NCBI GenBank assembly: GCA_035389045.1
Contig: DAOORA010000014.1
Coordinates: 61,792 to 81,791, forward strand
DNA length: 20,000 nucleotides
Source of the DNA: Bacteroidales bacterium
GTDB lineage: Bacteria > Bacteroidota > Bacteroidia > Bacteroidales > CAIWKO01
Direction: 5' to 3'
The notes under the pieces are model-generated. The model did not search any database and was not told where the DNA came from. It was given only the letters and a program-made list of their open reading frames with translations. Made by a program: the position numbers and the translations under genes. Of the stretch, positions 17,268-20,000 are shown one piece after another. Position 1 is the stretch's first letter. Each line of letters starts with the position of its first letter.

Positions 17268-17349
17268 CCTTCATTGGCTATTGGCCATTGGCGGTTGACT
17301 GCAGACTGTTGGTACATTGTCATATTTTAATTCAATATCAATTCCGATA

Positions 17350-17395
17350 CAAAGATAATACATTTTATAGTACTATGCAATACCAAGTACTATAA
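17350..17395 (-). promoter_or_regulatory. padR-pspC promoter (-7 TATCTTTG) with an overlapping palindromic operator
   Basis: Minus-strand TATCTTTG at 17357-17350. Perfect 10-bp inverted repeat TTATAGTACT-N11-AGTACTATAA (17365-17395) covers the expected -33 region. Confidence 0.75.
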
Positions 17396-17523
17396 TTTTT
17401 CAAATAAATTTCTGAAATTGTTTTATCTTGCTGTTTATCAATATATTTGAAAATAAAATTTTCCCTTCATGATGAAAAAATCTTAATTTTGTATATGATT
17501 ACATCATTATAATTATAAAGGAG

Positions 17524-17922
17524 ATGAAAAAATCCATTCTTATTATTCACTGGGTACCAAGGATCATATGTATCCTCGCCATACTATTTGTCAGTTTGTT
17601 TGCATTTGATTCATTCGACCCCGGGCTGACGACAGGGCAACAGATCGTGGGGTTCATCATACATTTAATACCTTCTTTTATTTTGACGGGACTGCTTTTA
17701 GTCGCCTGGAAATGGGAATATTGGGGTGGCATCCTCTTTATGATCATTGGCCTCAGCCTGAGCCCATTCGTATTTATGATTAATTACCGGATGAATCATT
17801 CGGTATGGATGAGCCTGGGGATCATAATGGCCCTGACCATCCCTTTCGCCATCACTGGTTTTCTGTTTATTTTAAGCCACCACCTGAAAAAGAAAAACCA
17901 AATAAAAGAAAAAAACGAATAA
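17524..17922 (+). CDS. Small integral membrane protein (about 4 TM), function unknown
   Basis: Hydrophobic segments HWVPRIICILAILFVSLFAFDSF...IHLIPSFIL..LLLVAWKWE..GG; upstream TAATTTTG -7 element at 17484-17491. Confidence 0.8.
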   Translation: MKKSILIIHWVPRIICILAILFVSLFAFDSFDPGLTTGQQIVGFIIHLIPSFILTGLLLVAWKWEYWGGILFMIIGLSLSPFVFMINYRMNHSVWMSLGIIMALTIPFAITGFLFILSHHLKKKNQIKEKNE

Positions 17923-17928
17923 CCTTAT

Positions 17929-18696
17929 ATGGAAACAAACTTAAAGAACAAATTTCTTGAATTATGGCAGGGGTTTTTCGGTGATGCCGAACTACCGATA
18001 GTTTTTTACTACACTGAAGGAGATGGAGGAGCTGAAAAACAGGAGAAACAAAAAGGATGGAGTTGCCTTATTGGCCAGCTCTCTAAGGTAAGGATGGGAA
18101 AACCGCTGTATTTCAATACTGATTCACTTGGCTGTGGCGGTGCTCAGCGATATCTTGGCTATGCTGATACCATGCGTCCAGATTTTGAGTACTTCCTTTC
18201 GTGCGGTAATGAACAAATGGAAGGTGAACGATACAAGCGTACGCCGGAGATTGTAAAAGAGCTAATGAAAAACCAGCGACAGTTGCCGGTTAACGGAAAA
18301 AACATCGTCTTCAAAAGGTGGGACAAACTGATTGAAACCGATAACCCGGAAGTGGTTATTTTTTTTGCGAGACCGGACGTTTTGTCGGGGCTTTTCACCC
18401 TGGCCAATTATGACCATGCAGAGCACAACCAGGTGATCGCCCCGTTTGGTGCGGGCTGTGGTTCTATCGTTCATTACCCCTATCTTGAAAGCCTTTCTGA
18501 AAACCCCAAAGCTGTTATCGGCATGTTTGATCCTTCAGCCCGCCCCTATGTAACTTCAGATATACTTACTTTTGCAGTTCCCATGAAAAAATTCAAAAAA
18601 ATGATCGGCTACATGGAAGAAAGTTTTCTGATCACAAAAACCTGGGATACGCTAAAAAAGAGAATGGATAAAGCACCCGGACCAAATGTCCACTAA
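17929..18696 (+). CDS. DUF169 family protein
   Basis: ELPIVFYY, SCLIGQL, LGCGGAQRYLG, YFLSCG..EGERYKRTPE, PEVVIFFARPDVLSGLFTLANYD, PFGAGCGSIV, GMFDPSARP. 6-nt gap to the upstream gene. Confidence 0.8.
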   Translation: METNLKNKFLELWQGFFGDAELPIVFYYTEGDGGAEKQEKQKGWSCLIGQLSKVRMGKPLYFNTDSLGCGGAQRYLGYADTMRPDFEYFLSCGNEQMEGERYKRTPEIVKELMKNQRQLPVNGKNIVFKRWDKLIETDNPEVVIFFARPDVLSGLFTLANYDHAEHNQVIAPFGAGCGSIVHYPYLESLSENPKAVIGMFDPSARPYVTSDILTFAVPMKKFKKMIGYMEESFLITKTWDTLKKRMDKAPGPNVH

Positions 18697-18703
18697 CCAA
18701 AAA

Positions 18704-18739
18704 TCAAAAAGCCGCTTCAACCGAGAAACGGCTTTTTGA
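18704..18739. terminator. Bidirectional rho-independent terminator
   Basis: TCAAAAAGCCG...CGGCTTTTTGA between the convergent DUF169 and gcvT genes, with A and T tracts on either side. Confidence 0.85.
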
Positions 18740-18760
18740 AGAGTAAGTCATGACTGTGGA

Positions 18761-19849
18761 TTATCCTTTGTAAAAAGGCATTTTCACTACTTTTGCCTTA
18801 ATTAATTTTTCACGTATCTTAATATAAATCTCGGTATCCAACTTCGAAAATGCTGTTTTCACATATCCCATACCGACATTTTTCTGTAATGAAGGCGCCA
18901 TAGTGCCGGAGGTTACTTCGCCGATTTTATTGCCGTTGGCATCACAAATCTCATAGTAATGACGGGGAATACCACGGTCGATCATTTCGAAGCCCACCAG
19001 TTTGCGGCTTACGCCCTCTGTTTTTAGTTTGAGGTTATATTCCTTATCAATAAAACTCTTTTCATCGGTAAATTTGGTGATCCAGCCGAGTCCGGCTTCA
19101 ATTGGCGAAGTGGTATCGTTGATATCGTTGCCATAGAGACAGAAACCCATCTCGAGGCGCAAGGTATCGCGGGCAGCCAGGCCCGTAGGTTTGATTCCAA
19201 ACTCTTTTCCGGCATCCATCACGGCATTCCACATCACTTCGGCATACTGATTCGGGAAATAAATCTCACATCCGCCCGAGCCGGTATAACCGGTTGTTGA
19301 GAAAAGTACATCATCCACACCTGCAAATTTCAGAACTTTGAATGTATAATATTCCATATCGGTAACTGATGTCTCCGTCAGTTTTTGCATGGCTTTCAGC
19401 GCCATAGGCCCCTGTATAGCCAGTTGTGACGTCTCGTCAGAAGCGTTGGTGAGTTTCGCACCAACATTGTTGTTTTTATTTACCCATGCCCAGTCTTTGT
19501 CAATGTTGGCTGCGTTTACTACCAGTAAATATTTTTCAGGGCTAAACCGGTATACCAGCAAATCGTCTACTATGCCACCCTGACCATTGGGGAAGCATGA
19601 GTATTGTACTTTGCCATCCACCAGTTTCGAGGCATCATTAGAAGTAACATACTGAACAAAATCAAGTGCCATGGCGCCTTCTACCCAAAACTCACCCATG
19701 TGCGAAACATCAAAAACGCCCAGTTTTTTACGGACATTTTCGTGTTCAACAATTAAACCTTCGTATTGAATGGGCATGTAAAAACCGGCAAACTCAACCA
19801 TTTTTGCACCGGCTGCCTCGTGAATCTTACAAAATGCAGTTGTTTTCAT
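18761..19849 (-). CDS. gcvT: Glycine cleavage system aminomethyltransferase T
   Basis: [90 protein letters not shown]. Confidence 0.97.
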   Translation of the reverse strand: MKTTAFCKIHEAAGAKMVEFAGFYMPIQYEGLIVEHENVRKKLGVFDVSHMGEFWVEGAMALDFVQYVTSNDASKLVDGKVQYSCFPNGQGGIVDDLLVYRFSPEKYLLVVNAANIDKDWAWVNKNNNVGAKLTNASDETSQLAIQGPMALKAMQKLTETSVTDMEYYTFKVLKFAGVDDVLFSTTGYTGSGGCEIYFPNQYAEVMWNAVMDAGKEFGIKPTGLAARDTLRLEMGFCLYGNDINDTTSPIEAGLGWITKFTDEKSFIDKEYNLKLKTEGVSRKLVGFEMIDRGIPRHYYEICDANGNKIGEVTSGTMAPSLQKNVGMGYVKTAFSKLDTEIYIKIREKLIKAKVVKMPFYKG

Positions 19850-19949
19850 TATTAAATAATTATAAATTTATAAATAGATGGTCTGTTACTTATTTTATTG
19901 ATCTAACCAAATTATCCATTTTTTACAGGGCAAAAATATAAATAATAAC

Positions 19950-19985
19950 TTAGAAATTGTTTTGATTTTATCTTTTCATATCTTT
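19950..19985 (+). repeat. 36-bp exact dispersed repeat, copy 2; possibly the end of a MITE-like element running off the window
   Basis: Identical to 3688-3723; continues as ATGCGTCTTTTTTGC to the window edge. Confidence 0.9.
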
Positions 19986-20000
19986 ATGCGTCTTTTTTGC

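Noticed and set aside
19850..19940. Glycine riboswitch upstream of gcvT
   Set aside because: The predicted -7 element (TATTTTTG, minus strand, 19931-19938) leaves a short AT-rich leader of under 80 nt with no aptamer motifs.
3688..19985. 36-bp direct repeats as attL/attR of a 16-kb island, or as CRISPR repeats
   Set aside because: The enclosed genes are core (grpE, dnaJ, gcvT, phoBR), there is no integrase or tRNA, and the copies are not arrayed.

Overview
Chromosomal DNA from a Bacteroidota (probably Bacteroidales-like) bacterium, judged from TAnnTTTG promoter elements, a T9SS cargo protein and the gene families present. Left to right: (1) a probable phosphate-starvation locus with the 3' part of a TonB-dependent receptor, a T9SS-secreted protein and a PhoB/PhoR-like two-component pair, where matching 11-bp-period TTAAC boxes precede both internal promoters; (2) a decayed voltage-gated K+ channel pseudogene; (3) a minus-strand grpE-dnaJ-ABC ATPase-ABC permease cluster behind a sigma54-like -24/-12 motif, preceded by a small basic protein with a QLxLF motif; (4) a fused ADP-forming acyl-CoA synthetase; (5) an AAA_14/DUF4143 ATPase and an HExxH protein; (6) padR-pspC with a palindromic operator and a heptamer array in its leader; (7) a small membrane protein and a DUF169 protein; (8) gcvT. 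I see no integrase, transposase, CRISPR array or RNA gene. The most notable signals are non-coding: the candidate Pho boxes, the sigma54-like chaperone promoter, an exact 36-bp repeat 16.3 kb apart that builds a promoter, and several palindromic and tandem repeats. All family assignments come from motif recognition by eye, not database searches.
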